From: Tubulanus polymorphus
Taxonomy: Eukaryota > Animalia > Nemertea
Direction of reading: 5' to 3'
Length of the DNA stretch: 64,000 nucleotides
NCBI RefSeq assembly: GCF_964204645.1
Contig: NC_134028.1
Coordinates: 20,025,245-20,089,244 of the forward strand
Below are positions 62,594 to 64,000 of this stretch, piece by piece. How positions within the stretch are numbered: the stretch's first letter is position 1; each line of letters opens with the position of its first letter. The translations under genes and the position numbers were made by a program. The notes beneath the pieces were generated by a model. The model was not told the origin of the DNA. It made no database searches and saw nothing but the letters and a program-made list of their open reading frames with translations.

Positions 62594-63577
62594 ATGTACA
62601 TCGATACGTTTTACGTCTATGGGATTGTATACGGCGCGCTATCGCTGGTCGGAATCGCATCGAACGTACTCACTATCGTTACGATCGAACGTTTGAAACG
62701 AAAATCAGACTACGTATGCAAATTCGTAGCTTGTTTTGATTTATCGTTTCTCGTTTCGTTCGCGTTTTTGTACCCGATTCGGGCGTTGTACGTTTACGCG
62801 ATTATGGGTGACGTCATGTTTCGTTTTTACGCGCTCAAATTCGGGGGTTGGATTTTGTTCATATTTTCATATATGTTTCTCTGGTTACAGACATCGAGGA
62901 ATTGGTCGGTTGTTTTGCTCAGTGTTGATCGGCTAGTGGTTATTTCATTTCCGTTGCGAGCGGTGCGATTTTGGACATTAAGAAAACTACTATCAATTAT
63001 GATTTGTGTGGTTACCTTAAGCGCGTTGGCAAACTGGCATTATATTATACAAGGCTCATTCCCAGGACTTTATCACTGGCCTTGTCTTAGATTAGATATC
63101 CGTGTTCATACCCAGTACAGTGGTTATACACTCTTCAAATATACTGATTTTCTCACAAAACTCATCACAAATTGCACCAATTATGTTTACATGTTCATAA
63201 CGTCAATATTCCCTACTTGTTTTTTGATAGTTGTCAATTTTCTGTTAATGTTTGTTTTATATCGTGCGACCACAGCTCGACGGTCTCTTCGTCGAAGTGA
63301 TTCCGTCGCCCGCAACAATGTCATCGATATCCGCGCTCTCAGAAATGTCGTTGCGCTCGTCGCTTTTTTTCTAATTTGCGAAATCCCGGCCACAATGCCG
63401 CGACTTTTTGAAATAAACGGTTTTGTAATACGCGATTATAGATTGCGAGTAATGTTTTATCAATTCGCTCTCACTACAACGGTTTTCAATTCAGTCGGTA
63501 ATTTTTTCATCCTTATTTCTACCGATGATAGATTCCGTAGTTTCACACGATGCCAGGCGTGTCGGGTAGACCGGTAG
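62594..63577 (+). CDS. Intronless rhodopsin-class GPCR (FMRFamide-receptor/Srw-like chemoreceptor group), possibly damaged
   Basis: Seven hydrophobic segments; GIASN in TM1, D in TM2, SVDRL..ISFPLR, FLICEIP in TM6, NSVGNFF in TM7 and FR of helix 8. In-frame upstream ATG 62534 is cut by TAA at 62591. Confidence 0.88.
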   Translation: MYIDTFYVYGIVYGALSLVGIASNVLTIVTIERLKRKSDYVCKFVACFDLSFLVSFAFLYPIRALYVYAIMGDVMFRFYALKFGGWILFIFSYMFLWLQTSRNWSVVLLSVDRLVVISFPLRAVRFWTLRKLLSIMICVVTLSALANWHYIIQGSFPGLYHWPCLRLDIRVHTQYSGYTLFKYTDFLTKLITNCTNYVYMFITSIFPTCFLIVVNFLLMFVLYRATTARRSLRRSDSVARNNVIDIRALRNVVALVAFFLICEIPATMPRLFEINGFVIRDYRLRVMFYQFALTTTVFNSVGNFFILISTDDRFRSFTRCQACRVDR

Positions 63578-64000
63578 TTTCGGGGCTGTAGTACGCCGAC
63601 TGAGAGACGTTCTAATTGAAAAATTTGTTCCATCATACACATTGAGGACACGTTAGATTTCCTACTTATTATGAAAAATACTGCAGTAGATAGCAGCAAT
63701 ACAATACTATTCACTGATGTTGTGGCTCTATACCCCAGTATACCTATCGAAGATGTTAATAGAGCTGTTAATGAGTTTCTACACATGCATCTCTGTTAGA
63801 TACATGGGCATATTATTTGTGAAGCTATCGATAGTAGTTCTTAGTAATAATATCTGTAAATTTTTTACAACATGCATTTTGTGCTAATGTCGGGAACGGC
63901 TATTGGTAAACGTATTCATGCACATATATTTTAGAATCGGAAGACTTCGACAAATCTACCCATAAACCTAAATTGTGGAAGAGATTCGTAGATGATACAT
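63550..64000 (+). mobile_element. Decayed Penelope-like retroelement RT fragment
   Basis: Across frameshifts: PGVSGRPVVSG/CSTPTER, IEDTLDFL, DVVALYPSIP, GTAIG, KPKLWKRFVDDT. Runs off the window end. Confidence 0.85.

Overview
AT-rich, intron-containing animal genomic DNA (invertebrate, probably lophotrochozoan; this is inference), not prokaryotic. The first ~23 kb is a nested transposon stack. A modular repeat family with an internal 20/40-bp minisatellite occurs in 3-4 copies in both orientations. One copy has been expanded by a Penelope hammerhead micro-insertion, a 6.5-kb long-TIR element, a full-length but decayed RTEX-like LINE, a second 5'-truncated LINE and a Harbinger-type MITE. Host genes are a 4-exon GPI-anchored Ly6/uPAR gene with a duplicated dead exon (24232-25254, -), a ~30.7-kb multi-exon polycystin-1-like gene (WSC-PKD-REJ-GAIN/GPS-PLAT-TM; 29311-60022, -) whose introns carry many MITEs, and a divergent intronless rhodopsin-type GPCR (62534/62594-63577, +) whose 3' end overlaps a decayed Penelope RT fragment. 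The most notable items are two TSD-flanked minimal hammerhead ribozyme insertions, an AUG-less in-frame ORF1-TAG-ORF2 junction in the LINE, a KR...GKR motif in the Ly6 loop, and 38-82 bp palindromic micro-transposons. All coordinates and alignments were read by eye and may be off by a few bases.
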